Source: Hyalangium minutum
Lineage (GTDB): Bacteria > Myxococcota > Myxococcia > Myxococcales > Myxococcaceae
Assembly: GCF_000737315.1 (NCBI RefSeq)
Contig: NZ_JMCB01000018.1
Location: forward strand, 62,001 to 126,000
Direction: 5' to 3'
DNA length: 64,000 nt
Shown one piece after another: positions 8,859-18,391 of this stretch; position 1 is the first letter of the stretch, and every line of letters starts with the position of its first letter. The notes beneath the pieces were generated by a model, which was not told the origin of the DNA, made no database searches, and saw nothing but the letters and a program-made list of their open reading frames with translations. Made by a program: the position numbers and the translations under genes.

Positions 8859-9371
8859 CTACCCCGGCTGCGCCTGGAGCGGGATGGAAAAGGCGGAGAC
8901 AGGCCCCTCGTCCTTGCAGCGGTAGACGCGCACCCGCGCCAGCCCCTTCTGCACCATCTCCAGCTTCTTGGCCGCGCCCAGAGACACGTCGATGATGCGC
9001 TCGTCCTTGAAGGGCCCTCGGTCGTTGACGCGCACCTCCACGGACTTGCCGTTCTCCATGTTCACCACCCGCACGCAGCTGCCGAAGCGCAGCGTGCGGT
9101 GGGCCGCCGTCAGGCCGTTCTGGTCGAAGCGCTCCCCGCTCGCCGTCTTCCGGCCGTGCAGACCCGGGCCGTAGTACGAGGCCAGCCCCTCGCCCAGATA
9201 CGTGCGCGAGCCCTTGTCCGGGGTCTCCTCCGGCGCACCGGGACGGGTCTTTCCCGCACTACCGGGGGCTGGGCGATCGCTCGCATCCGGCCGGGCCGCA
9301 CGCGTCGCGCAGCCCGCCAACAGCCCTGCTCCCAACGCCACCGCGAGCAGCCGCACCAACGCCCCGCTCAC
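8859..9371 (-). CDS. rlpA: Septal ring lytic transglycosylase RlpA family lipoprotein
   Basis: Lipobox LLAGC; GLASYYG, TASGERFD, TAAHRTL, VRVNDRGPF and RIIDVS (DPBB fold). Confidence 0.92.
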   Translation of the reverse strand: MSGALVRLLAVALGAGLLAGCATRAARPDASDRPAPGSAGKTRPGAPEETPDKGSRTYLGEGLASYYGPGLHGRKTASGERFDQNGLTAAHRTLRFGSCVRVVNMENGKSVEVRVNDRGPFKDERIIDVSLGAAKKLEMVQKGLARVRVYRCKDEGPVSAFSIPLQAQPG

Positions 9372-10978
9372 CGGGTGATGTCGTTGAAGAACGCCACCAG
9401 CATCAGGGCCACCAGCATCGCCAGACCGATGACGTTGGCCACCTCGCGCACGCGAACCGGAATCGGCCGGCGGCGCACGCTCTCCCAGCCCGCGGCCACC
9501 AGGTGGAAGCCGTCGAGGATGGGGATGGGCAGCAGGTTCATCACGCCCAGGTTGATGGAGATGATGGCCATGAGCTGCAGGAACGAGTCCCAGCCCTGCT
9601 GCGACGTCTTCGCCGCCATCTGGTACATCATCACCGGCCCGCCCACGGAGCTCAGCGGCACGTCACGGGTGATGAGCCCGGCCACGGCCTTCACCGTCTG
9701 CTTGGTGATGGCCGGCACCACGCGCACGGCCTTCCCAATCGCCTCGCCCGGCGAGTAGTCCAGCTGGATCATCTCCGGAGGCGCCGCCGCGTTCCACTGC
9801 ACGACGCCCACGCCCAGGTACGTGTGGGTGTTGCCCAGCGCGTCCGTGCTCTTCAGGGTGGAGCGCGCCAGCTGGGTGGTGTGCTCACCATCAGCCCCCC
9901 GCCACGTCAGCTGGAAGGGCTTCTCCTCCATCCCACCGAGCTTCACCTGGAAGAGGTGGAAGGACTGGAGCGGATCGCCATTGAGGGCCACGAGCCGGTC
10001 GCCGGACTTCAGGCCCGCCTTCTGCGCCGGGCTGTCCTGCGCCACCGACGCGATGTAGAGGTCCACCGGCTCCGCGCCCAGGGCCGCGAACCCCTCCCCC
10101 GGCTGCTTGTTCACCTGGAGCTTCACCTGCTCGGGAGCGCGGACGGTGATGGCGCCCACATCCAGCACCGGCGAGCGCAGCACCACCAGCTCCAACGGGC
10201 CCTGCTGCTTGTCCATGACCTGGTACAGCGTGGCCACGTCCGGCACGTACGTCCCGTTGATGGTGAGGATCCGATCGAAGGTCTTCAGCCCCGCCTGCTC
10301 CGCCGGCGAGCTGGGCGGGACACCCAGGGTGGGCAGCTGCGAGTACGGCTCCGCGCCCAGCACGCCCCGCTCCACCGTCTCCACGGGCGAGGACTCCACC
10401 TTCTTGAGCGGCGTCACCTCCACAATCATCTGCTTGCCATCGCGCTCGACGGTGAGCGGCACCGGGCGCTCGAAGCGGCCGATGAAGGCCTCATCCACTT
10501 CCTTGTCCGTGCGGACCTTCTCGCCATCCACCGCGAGGATCCGGTCTCCGGGGCGAACCCCCGCGACCGCCGCCGCCGAGCCGGGCGCCACGTAGCCCAC
10601 CCGGGAGGACACGTCCTCGTACGGCCCGAGGAACACGAAGAAGTAGACCAGGACGGGGAACGCCAGGTTGAACGCCGGTCCGGCGAGCACGATCAGCATG
10701 CGCTTCCACGGCGGCTGCGCCAGGAAGCCCCGGTGGGCGTCCTCGGGCGCCAGCTCCTCGCCCGGCACATCCCCCGCCATCTTCACGAAGCCGCCCAGGG
10801 GCAGCAGCGCGAGCTGGTATTCCGTGTCTCCCTTGGTGAAGCCCAACAGCTTGGGCCCGAACCCAATGGAGAACTTGAGCACCTTCACCCCGCAGGCCTT
10901 CGCCACGAGGAAATGGCCCAGCTCGTGCACCGTCACCAGCACCCCGAGCAGGAGCGCGAAGAACCCGAGACTCTGCAT
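9368..10978 (-). CDS. rseP: RIP metalloprotease RseP (M50) with three PDZ-like domains
   Basis: HELGH, GGFVKM, AGPAFN and NLLPIPILDG motifs; three S(P/A)A..AG(L/V)..(G/F)DR(I/L) PDZ signatures. Confidence 0.95.
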   Translation of the reverse strand: MQSLGFFALLLGVLVTVHELGHFLVAKACGVKVLKFSIGFGPKLLGFTKGDTEYQLALLPLGGFVKMAGDVPGEELAPEDAHRGFLAQPPWKRMLIVLAGPAFNLAFPVLVYFFVFLGPYEDVSSRVGYVAPGSAAAVAGVRPGDRILAVDGEKVRTDKEVDEAFIGRFERPVPLTVERDGKQMIVEVTPLKKVESSPVETVERGVLGAEPYSQLPTLGVPPSSPAEQAGLKTFDRILTINGTYVPDVATLYQVMDKQQGPLELVVLRSPVLDVGAITVRAPEQVKLQVNKQPGEGFAALGAEPVDLYIASVAQDSPAQKAGLKSGDRLVALNGDPLQSFHLFQVKLGGMEEKPFQLTWRGADGEHTTQLARSTLKSTDALGNTHTYLGVGVVQWNAAAPPEMIQLDYSPGEAIGKAVRVVPAITKQTVKAVAGLITRDVPLSSVGGPVMMYQMAAKTSQQGWDSFLQLMAIISINLGVMNLLPIPILDGFHLVAAGWESVRRRPIPVRVREVANVIGLAMLVALMLVAFFNDITR

Positions 10979-11053
10979 AGCGGCAAGACTAATCGTGCCT
11001 TGGCGCTAGGACAACGCACATCCGTTTACACTGCTCGGTCAAGCACACGGGCG

Positions 11054-11881
11054 CTACGACAGCCAGCCCCGCACGAACTGCAGGTAGATGAACACCAGCG
11101 GGGCGTTGAACAGCAGCGCGTCGATGCGATCCAGGATGCCGCCGTGCCCGGGGATGAGCTTGCCCGAGTCCTTCACCCCGTAGGCCCGCTTGAGCATGGA
11201 CTCGCACAAGTCCCCGATAGGACCGGCGATTCCGCCCAGCACGCCCAGCACCAGACAGTCCACGCCGGTGAACTCGGGGAAGAAGCCCGCCCGGGCGATG
11301 AACATGCCGCCCACCGAGCCCACCATGCCCCCGAAGAAGCCCTCCCACGTCTTGTTCGGGCTCACCTCCACATACAGCTTGTGGCGGCCCAGGAACCGGC
11401 CGGCGAAGTAGGCGGCGGTGTCATTGGCCCAGGTGATGACGAGCGCACAGATGACCCAGGCGTTGCCCCCTTCCCGCATGCGCAGGGCGGACAGCGCCGT
11501 GAGCCCCACCGCTCCATAGAGGTACCCGGTGATCAGGTGGGCGGCGCGCAGGGGCGCCTCGGGCAGGGGGCCGCGGATGAGGTGGTACGTCCACGCGAAG
11601 AAGAACAGGCCCGCAGTGACCCAGAAGCCCACCTCGCCCACGTGCTCCGGGCTGCGCAGCGGCAAGAAGGGCAACAGCCCCGCCAGCACGATGCCCACCC
11701 ACGTGGCCGGGTACAGCTGCTTCAGGGTGATGGTGTAGTACTCGCTGGCACAGGCGGCCGCCGCCACGCCAAAGAGCACGGCGCTCCAGATCCCTCCCTT
11801 CCACAACAGGAAGAGGACCACCGGCAGCAACACCACCGCCGAGACAATTCGAAGGACGAGGTTCTTGTTCTTCTCGTTCAC
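11054..11881 (-). CDS. cdsA: Phosphatidate cytidylyltransferase
   Basis: DTAAYFAG, SPNKTWEG and GDLCESMLKR...KDSGKLIPGHGGILDRID signature. Confidence 0.96.
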   Translation of the reverse strand: MNEKNKNLVLRIVSAVVLLPVVLFLLWKGGIWSAVLFGVAAAACASEYYTITLKQLYPATWVGIVLAGLLPFLPLRSPEHVGEVGFWVTAGLFFFAWTYHLIRGPLPEAPLRAAHLITGYLYGAVGLTALSALRMREGGNAWVICALVITWANDTAAYFAGRFLGRHKLYVEVSPNKTWEGFFGGMVGSVGGMFIARAGFFPEFTGVDCLVLGVLGGIAGPIGDLCESMLKRAYGVKDSGKLIPGHGGILDRIDALLFNAPLVFIYLQFVRGWLS

Positions 11882-12666
11882 GCCTTGGCCCGCTGGGTTT
11901 CCTCACGCTGGAGCTGCGCGGAAGTCAGCCCGAAGCGCCGCTCCCGCTGCTGGTAGTGTGAGAGGCTGCGCAGGAACGCCTCTGTCCGGAAGTCCGGCCA
12001 CAGCACATCCGCGAAGTACAGTTCAGCGTACGCCATCTGCCACAGCAGGAAGTTGGACACTCGGAACTCCCCACTGGTGCGTACCATGAGATCCAGCGGC
12101 GGCAGCCCCTGCGTCCACAGGTGGGACTCGATGTCCTTCTCGCCAATGCGCGCCGGATCCAGCGTGCCCGCCGCCACCGCCTGCGCAATCTCCCGGGCCG
12201 CGTGGATCAGCTCCTCGCGGCCGCCGTACGACAGCGCCAGCGTGAGCACCATGCCCGTGTTGTGGGCCGAGTCCGCCCGGAGCTTGTCCAGCGGCTCGCG
12301 CACGTAGCGCGGCAGCTTGTCCACCTCGCCAATCGCGTGCAGGCGGATGCCGTTGTCGAGGATCTCCGAGCGCTCGGTCTGCAGGAACTCGCGCAAGAGC
12401 TCCATCAGCCCGGCCACCTCGTCCGCAGGGCGAGCCCAGTTCTGAGAGGAAAATGCGTACAAGGTGAGCGCGGAGACGCCCACGCGGCGGGCGACGCGTG
12501 TCACCTCGCGGACGCTGGTGGACCCCTCACGGTGGCCCTCCAGGCGGGCCAGGCCGCGGATCTCCGCCCAACGGCCATTGCCGTCCATGATGATGCCCAC
12601 ATGACGGGGCAAGGGGCGGGCCTTGACCTGTTGTTCGAGCGCGATGAGGGCAGAGGGGCGTTCCAT
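11878..12666 (-). CDS. uppS: Undecaprenyl diphosphate synthase (isoprenyl transferase)
   Basis: Start re-called to ATG 12666 (MERPS). [30 protein letters not shown] and [15 protein letters not shown] motifs. Confidence 0.96.
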   Translation of the reverse strand: MERPSALIALEQQVKARPLPRHVGIIMDGNGRWAEIRGLARLEGHREGSTSVREVTRVARRVGVSALTLYAFSSQNWARPADEVAGLMELLREFLQTERSEILDNGIRLHAIGEVDKLPRYVREPLDKLRADSAHNTGMVLTLALSYGGREELIHAAREIAQAVAAGTLDPARIGEKDIESHLWTQGLPPLDLMVRTSGEFRVSNFLLWQMAYAELYFADVLWPDFRTEAFLRSLSHYQQRERRFGLTSAQLQREETQRAKA

Positions 12667-12873
12667 GGGTCGATGCACCTTAAAGGCCCGGCAGGGCGCC
12701 GTCCACGACGGTGTAGCCCAGCGGTCGCCGCAGGGCCCCGACCGGTCGCCCGGTGGGGGTGGGCGGCGCACATCCGCGAGGTGCCCGTAAGGACAGGGTT
12801 TCCACGGGACGTGAGCGGGCCTCCGAGCTTGTTTGACCATGGAGCGACCTGCTCCGTAGGATCAGAGCCGCTC

Positions 12874-14028
12874 ATGCCCCCCAAGTTGATTGGTCCCTAC
12901 CGCGTGATGGAGACGCTCGGTAGCGGAGGTGTAGGGACCGTGTACCGGGCCCTGGACCGCCGCACGAGCGATCCTGTGGCGCTCAAGCTGCTCTCGGCCG
13001 GTCCAGCCCTGGACACGCGCGCGGCGCGCCGGCTGGCCCGCGAGTACGAGACACTGGCGGACCTGTCCCACCCCAACGTGGTGCGGGTGTTCGACGTGGG
13101 TGTCTTCCAGGGCTACCCCTACCTGGTGATGGAGCTGATTGAAGGGCTGACGCTGCGCAACTACTTGAATCTCCGAGGCGCGGACCTGCTGTCACCCTCG
13201 GGCTCCTTCTCCACGCCGCGCTCGCGCTCCCTGCCGGACGACTTCGACTCGTGGAGCGATGAGGACGAGGCCGCCTCCCACGCGGACGATGACGACGAGG
13301 AGAGCGGCCCCTCCCCCTTCAACCTGTCGGCCTTCTCCGAGGAGGAGCCCAGCGAGGACATGAGCCTCCACGCGGGTGCTGAATCGGTCCGGGCCCTGGC
13401 GGACGCGGCGGATGAGCCGGACACGGGGGAGCTCGAAGCCTTCGAGGAGCCGCTCGAGGTGCCAGATCCGAAGGTCCAGCTCGTCGAGCGCCGCATCCAG
13501 GAGGCCCGCACCGAGGATCTCAACCGCCCCGAGCGCATGGGCAAGCTGAAGGACGCGATGCTTCAGGTCTGTGAGGCGTTGGCCTACATCCACGGGCACG
13601 GGCTGATGCACCGGGACTTGAAGCCCTCGAACATCATGGTGGACGAGGACCGGCAGGTGCGGCTGATGGACTTCGGGCTGGCGAAGTTCCTCGCGGACGA
13701 CGCGGGCCTGACGGCGGACGGGCGCATGGTGGGCACGTTCCGGTACATGGCCCCGGAGCAGATCCTCGGCGAGCCGCTGGACGCCCGGGCGGATCTGTAC
13801 AGCCTCGGGGTCATCCTCTACGAGCTGATGACGGGTCGGACTCCTTTCGACGCGAAGACTCCGAGCGCCCTCTGGCAGCAGGTGCTAGAGGTGGAGCCGG
13901 CCCCCATCCTGGGCATCAACCTGAAAGGCGATCCTCAGCTGGCGCGCGTGGCCCACAAGCTGCTGCGCAAGGAGCCGGATGACCGGTTCCAGACGGCCGA
14001 GGAAGTGTACGAGGCATTGGCCGAGTGA
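12874..14028 (+). CDS. Cytoplasmic Hanks-type Ser/Thr protein kinase with a long acidic insertion
   Basis: Start re-called to ATG 12874. [41 protein letters not shown] and DLYSLG all present; no TM segment. Confidence 0.92.
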   Translation: MPPKLIGPYRVMETLGSGGVGTVYRALDRRTSDPVALKLLSAGPALDTRAARRLAREYETLADLSHPNVVRVFDVGVFQGYPYLVMELIEGLTLRNYLNLRGADLLSPSGSFSTPRSRSLPDDFDSWSDEDEAASHADDDDEESGPSPFNLSAFSEEEPSEDMSLHAGAESVRALADAADEPDTGELEAFEEPLEVPDPKVQLVERRIQEARTEDLNRPERMGKLKDAMLQVCEALAYIHGHGLMHRDLKPSNIMVDEDRQVRLMDFGLAKFLADDAGLTADGRMVGTFRYMAPEQILGEPLDARADLYSLGVILYELMTGRTPFDAKTPSALWQQVLEVEPAPILGINLKGDPQLARVAHKLLRKEPDDRFQTAEEVYEALAE

Positions 14029-14969
14029 GCTCCGAGAAGATGCATACGCTGACAGTGGACGCCTCGAAGGCGGGCCAACGGGTGGATCTCTTCGTGGGCG
14101 AGGCCCTGGGCCTGTCGCGGGCGAAGCTCAAGCGGCTCTTCGAGGAGGGCGCCATCAAGGTGGGCGGGCGCCCCGCGAAGAAGGGCCTGCTGGTGGCCGC
14201 TGGGCAGACCATCACCGTGAAGTGGGAGGAGGAGACGCGCGAGGCGGTGCCGGACGCGGACTTCCCGCTCGTGGTGCTGCACGAGGACGCAGCGGTGGTG
14301 GCGGTGGACAAGCCGGCGGGGCGGCCCTCGCATCCGCTGCGGCCGGGAGAGACGGGCACGGTGGCCAATGCGCTCGTGTCTCGCTACCCCGAGTGCGCGC
14401 AGGCCTCCGAGGACTCGCGCGAGGGCGGCCTGTGCCACCGGCTGGACATCGAGACCTCGGGCGTGCTGCTCGCGGCGCGGACTCGGGAGGCGTGGCACAC
14501 GCTGCGCGCGGCCTTCGGCGGCCGGAGCGTGGACAAGCGCTACCTGGCGCTGGTGACGGGCCCCCTGTCCGACGAGGGAGAGATCGATCTGCCCCTGCGC
14601 CACCACCCGCGCCACCCGGATCGCGTGGAGCCCGCGGTGGATGGGACGGAAGGGGCGCGCGAGGCGCATTCGCTCTTCCGGGTGCTGGCGCGCTCGGGCG
14701 AGTACAGCCTCGTGGAGGTGCGGATCCTCACCGGCGTGCTGCACCAGGTGCGCGCGCATATGGCGGGCGTGGGCGCGCCGCTCGTGGGCGACACGCTCTA
14801 CGGCGGGCGCGAGGAGCCGGGGCTGTCGCGCTTCTTCCTGCACGCGCGCTCGCTCGGGTTCACGCACCCGGTGACGGGCAAAGAGCTCTCCGTGGAGAGC
14901 CCCCTGCCGCCGGAGCTCATGAGCGTCCTGCAGAAGCACGGCCTGTCGCTGCCTGCGGCCCTGAACTGA
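14025..14969 (+). CDS. rluD: RluA/RluD family 23S rRNA pseudouridine synthase
   Basis: N-terminal S4-like domain, [15 protein letters not shown] (catalytic Asp), [10 protein letters not shown] and GDTLYG. Confidence 0.88.
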   Translation: MSSEKMHTLTVDASKAGQRVDLFVGEALGLSRAKLKRLFEEGAIKVGGRPAKKGLLVAAGQTITVKWEEETREAVPDADFPLVVLHEDAAVVAVDKPAGRPSHPLRPGETGTVANALVSRYPECAQASEDSREGGLCHRLDIETSGVLLAARTREAWHTLRAAFGGRSVDKRYLALVTGPLSDEGEIDLPLRHHPRHPDRVEPAVDGTEGAREAHSLFRVLARSGEYSLVEVRILTGVLHQVRAHMAGVGAPLVGDTLYGGREEPGLSRFFLHARSLGFTHPVTGKELSVESPLPPELMSVLQKHGLSLPAALN

Positions 14970-14995
14970 GGCGCGGCCCCGGGCGGCCCTTGGGC

Positions 14996-16336
14996 TCACC
15001 CGCGGTGGCGCTCCGCCGCGCGGTAGAGCTGGGTGAGCGAGAAGTCCAGTAAGGACTGTTGTGAGCCCATGTACCTGTGTGCCCGGAGAAAGGGCAGCCA
15101 CACGCGCGAGCCGACACGCACTTGAGACTCCTCCACCTTCTGGCGGGGAATCCAGTGGCCGCCGAGGTTTCGCACCAGCACCTCGCCCAGGTAGGCGCCG
15201 ATGAGAGGCACCAGATGGGTATCCACCCGGTCTCTCTCAAACATCTCCGGAAAGCGGAAGGCCCAGAAGTGAAGATCCGCGTCGGTGAGAGACTCGGAGG
15301 TCTGCTCGAAAACGGAGGGCACGTCGGAGTGCAGAATGGCCACCAGGGACTCGGCCATGAGCGAAGAGTGCTCCAGGGCCTTCTTCATGTCCGGCACGTC
15401 TGAGGGCAAGGCCTCGTTGGCGGGCAACCACTCCTCGGGTTCAGGGAACGGGTGAGCATTGAACTCGGCGATCCTGCGCTGTCGCTCGCCAATGAACGTG
15501 CGGTCCAACAGCCGAAAGAGCAGGGGCGCCACATCCGGGGGGAAGTGGGGCTCCACGGGGGTAAGGGCGGCGTTGCGCTCGTGGAGGGAGCGCAGCACGG
15601 TGTCGAAGTCCAGTTCCGGGCGCAAATGGACGAAGGCGTGGGCCTGAGCCAAGCGTGCCTCGGGGCGGGCGAAGGCGGCGGCGATGGGCCAGGTGACGAG
15701 CAGCACACAGCCGTTAGGCAACTCCTCTAGCCGATGGGCGGGAGTGGACAGGAGGCGCTCGCGGCCCACCAGGCTCACCAACTGGGGGCCGAAGACGTTG
15801 AGCCAGAACACTTCGTAGAGCTGGTCGAACCCATCGCGGATGCTGGTCTGCATGTCCCGGCCAAAGCGGGGAGCGTCTGCCAGCTGACTGTCGGCATAGC
15901 TGCCTGCGCAGGCATGGGAAACGGGATAGTGGCAGGCCCAGACGCGCACCAGTTCCACCAGCTCACGGCAGCGCTCTTCTTGCGCGAAGAAGGCGAAGGG
16001 CTGCCCACGAAGAGTGATGGTCACCTTGCCGGGTGTCTCTGCCCGAAAGAGCGCGATCTCCATGGACATCGCAGGATCGGTGGGACGCTCCAGGTAAACA
16101 GTCGGAACATTCCTCTCCGACCTGTCTTGGAGTGCCGCCCAAAAGGCGTCTCGGGAGTAGGTGCGCCGCCGCTTGCCTTTGACATGGCTCGGCATCCACT
16201 GCCCCGCGTACTGCTCCAGCGCCTGGAGGAACGGCTCCAGCGCGTGCTCTACCTTCGCATTCGCGTCATACGTCCCTTCGAACTGCAGGTAGAGGGAGTC
16301 CGCCTGCCTCAAGGCTTCGACCGTCAACAGCTTCAT
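14996..16336 (-). CDS. Putative immunity protein of the upstream lipoprotein nuclease toxin
   Basis: Real start is ATG 16336, overlapping the toxin TGA (ATGA, 16333-16336). 446-aa soluble protein with no signal peptide. Immunity role is inferred from position. Confidence 0.65.
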   Translation of the reverse strand: MKLLTVEALRQADSLYLQFEGTYDANAKVEHALEPFLQALEQYAGQWMPSHVKGKRRRTYSRDAFWAALQDRSERNVPTVYLERPTDPAMSMEIALFRAETPGKVTITLRGQPFAFFAQEERCRELVELVRVWACHYPVSHACAGSYADSQLADAPRFGRDMQTSIRDGFDQLYEVFWLNVFGPQLVSLVGRERLLSTPAHRLEELPNGCVLLVTWPIAAAFARPEARLAQAHAFVHLRPELDFDTVLRSLHERNAALTPVEPHFPPDVAPLLFRLLDRTFIGERQRRIAEFNAHPFPEPEEWLPANEALPSDVPDMKKALEHSSLMAESLVAILHSDVPSVFEQTSESLTDADLHFWAFRFPEMFERDRVDTHLVPLIGAYLGEVLVRNLGGHWIPRQKVEESQVRVGSRVWLPFLRAHRYMGSQQSLLDFSLTQLYRAAERHRG

Positions 16337-17890
16337 TGAATCACCACCTCCACTCCCTTCACCTCTCTCTGAACTCTCAAGACGGCTGGGTCCAGAACGC
16401 TCGGCTCGGGGATGAGGCTGCCCCCCTGGTAGACGAGACGGATGCGCTGCACGCGCACACTGCTCTTGAGCGAGGAGCGCCGGATGTCCACTGTGCCGCC
16501 GTAATAGTCCAGCGCAGCCTGTGCATCCATCCGGAGGGGAGCTTCCAACGCTTCTCCCGCGAGATGCTGAAGGTTCCTGCTCTTGAAGCTGAAGGTCTCC
16601 ACGAGGGGAACCTGGCCAGGAGGAGGCCGCTGCTCCATGACGAGCACGTCCGCGAAACGCATGCCGGGTACATTGGGTTTGGACAGGCCCACGTGCACCT
16701 CGATGCGCGGCAGGGTGAAGGCGCTCAACCACTGGCGCTGAGCGGGCGGCAGGGCCGCATCCTCGCGCAGCACGGAGATCATCAGACGCTCGAAGGCCAG
16801 CCCTCGGGCGAAATCACCGCGCAAGCGCTCATAGGCCGCCCAGCGCAAGGGGCCCTTGGCGGAGTTGCCCTCTTCCAAGAGCGCCAGACGCGTGCGCCGG
16901 TAGGCGAGATAGTCGTTCTTCCCGAGCGGCCTGCTCGTACTGTCCCTGCTCCAGCGATTGCAGCCCGTGCACGGTGCCCGCGCCCAGGAGGTAGAAGCCC
17001 AGAGGCACCCCGAACGTCAGCTGGTCAAACGCTCCCAGCGCCATCGGGCCTGGCGCGTGGTGCTCCTGTGCCAGCGCCTGCTCCAGCTGGCGCTGGGCCT
17101 GTTGGTAGGGCCATGGCATCTGCTGGGCCTGAGCGCTCATGCGCAGGTAGCGCGACCCATCACTCACCGGGGAAGTGTTGAGCGCCTCCCGGCCCGCACG
17201 TCCCAAGCCCCGCAGCACATCCCCCGCCTGCTCGCCACGCTCGGCGAAGGAAGAGAGCGGCAGCCCCCGGCGCTCCAGTTCCCGAAGTGCCACGGGCATA
17301 GTGCCCAGCGTCTGCGTCAGCTGCTTCTCTCGCGCCAGGAGGGTGAGAAGTCCTCTCAGCTCGTCATCGCACGCGGAGTGGATGATGAAGAGGGCGAACA
17401 CCTGCGCATAGGCGCCATAGTCCTCGGTAGCCCTGAGCAGGAAGGAGGCGCGCTTGAGGGTCAGCACCTCGGCGGCGCGGCTGTCTCGCAACGGCCCCAG
17501 TGCCCCCAGGCGCACAGCGCTCCAGTCCCCCAGCCCCTGGAGCACCTGGGCCATGTCCACCGAGCTCTGCACCTGGAGAAAGCCTGCAGCCGAGCCACAA
17601 GCCAGCAGTGGCGCCAGCACCTCCTCGTCGCTGCCAGCCCGTGCAGGCCACCCTTGCGGCACGATGGGACAGTCCTCCGGGCGCGGCGCTTGCGCCTTCT
17701 CCAGGCGCCGAAGCTTGCGGCCCCGAGGCCTGTGCTGAAAGTCCAGGGGAGTGATGCTGGGGTTGAACAGCAGGGCGGGAGCCGTACCGTGAACCGGGAC
17801 GCAGCCGCTCACCAGCAGCACCACGCTCAAGAGCAGCCGTCCCCCGCTCTGTCTCAGCTGTTGCCAGGCCAAGGCCCGCGCCGTGCTCAT
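16333..17890 (-). pseudogene. SitA-like lipoprotein polymorphic toxin with C-terminal PD-(D/E)xK-type nuclease, split by a frameshift/internal deletion near 16920
   Basis: N-terminal frame (ATG 17890, lipobox LVSGC) reads ...GQYEQAARE, then drifts into nonsense and stops at 16829. A second frame reads KNDYLAYRRTRLALLEEG...RFADVLV...ETFSFKSR to stop 16333. The frames switch at about 16920. Confidence 0.75.
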
Positions 17891-17935
17891 GGGAACCTCC
17901 TCTCTCCGAGAGGCCTTCAAAAAGGCCCCAGGGGG

Positions 17936-18349
17936 CTACTCGCCCATCACCTTGAGGATGACGCGCTTGCGGCGCTGGCCATCGAACTCGGCGTAGAACA
18001 CCTGCTGCCAGGGCCCGAGGTCCAGCTTCCCCGCAGTGACGGGGATGATCACCTGGTGGTGGATGAGCAGGGACTTCAGGTGGGCGTCGCCGTTGTCCTC
18101 GCCCGTGCGGTGGTGCCGGTAGTCGGGCCCGTGCGGCGCGAGCTCCTGGAGCCACTCCCAGATGTCCTCGTGGAGCCCGGACTCGTCATCGTTGACGAAC
18201 ACACCCGCGGTGATGTGCATGGCGGACACCAGCACCATGCCCTCCTGGATGCCACTCTTGCGCACCAGGCCCGCCACAGTGTCCGTGAGCCGGACGAGCT
18301 CCCGCCGCGACTTCGTCTCGAACCAGAGGTATTCGGTGAGGGTCTTCAT
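17936..18349 (-). CDS. yjbQ: YjbQ / UPF0047 family protein
   Basis: [20 protein letters not shown] and [14 protein letters not shown] motifs. Confidence 0.92.
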   Translation of the reverse strand: MKTLTEYLWFETKSRRELVRLTDTVAGLVRKSGIQEGMVLVSAMHITAGVFVNDDESGLHEDIWEWLQELAPHGPDYRHHRTGEDNGDAHLKSLLIHHQVIIPVTAGKLDLGPWQQVFYAEFDGQRRKRVILKVMGE

Positions 18350-18391
18350 TCCCGTGCCCCGTCAGGAAGGTCCGCTACAGTGACGGACGTC

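Noticed and set aside
12121-12873. N-terminal extension of the Ser/Thr kinase in the ORF track
   Set aside because: It overlaps uppS on the opposite strand. The kinase starts at ATG 12874.
14970-17935. Mobile element or target-site duplication around the toxin-immunity cassette
   Set aside because: I found no transposase or integrase and no flanking direct or inverted repeats by eye.
16958-18391. Apparent 478-aa N-terminal extension of DinB
   Set aside because: It is antisense to the toxin and yjbQ genes. DinB homology begins at ATG 18392.
18350-18391. LexA box upstream of dinB
   Set aside because: The 42-nt divergent spacer shows no match to the M. xanthus LexA consensus I recall (CTRHAMRYBYGTTCAGS).
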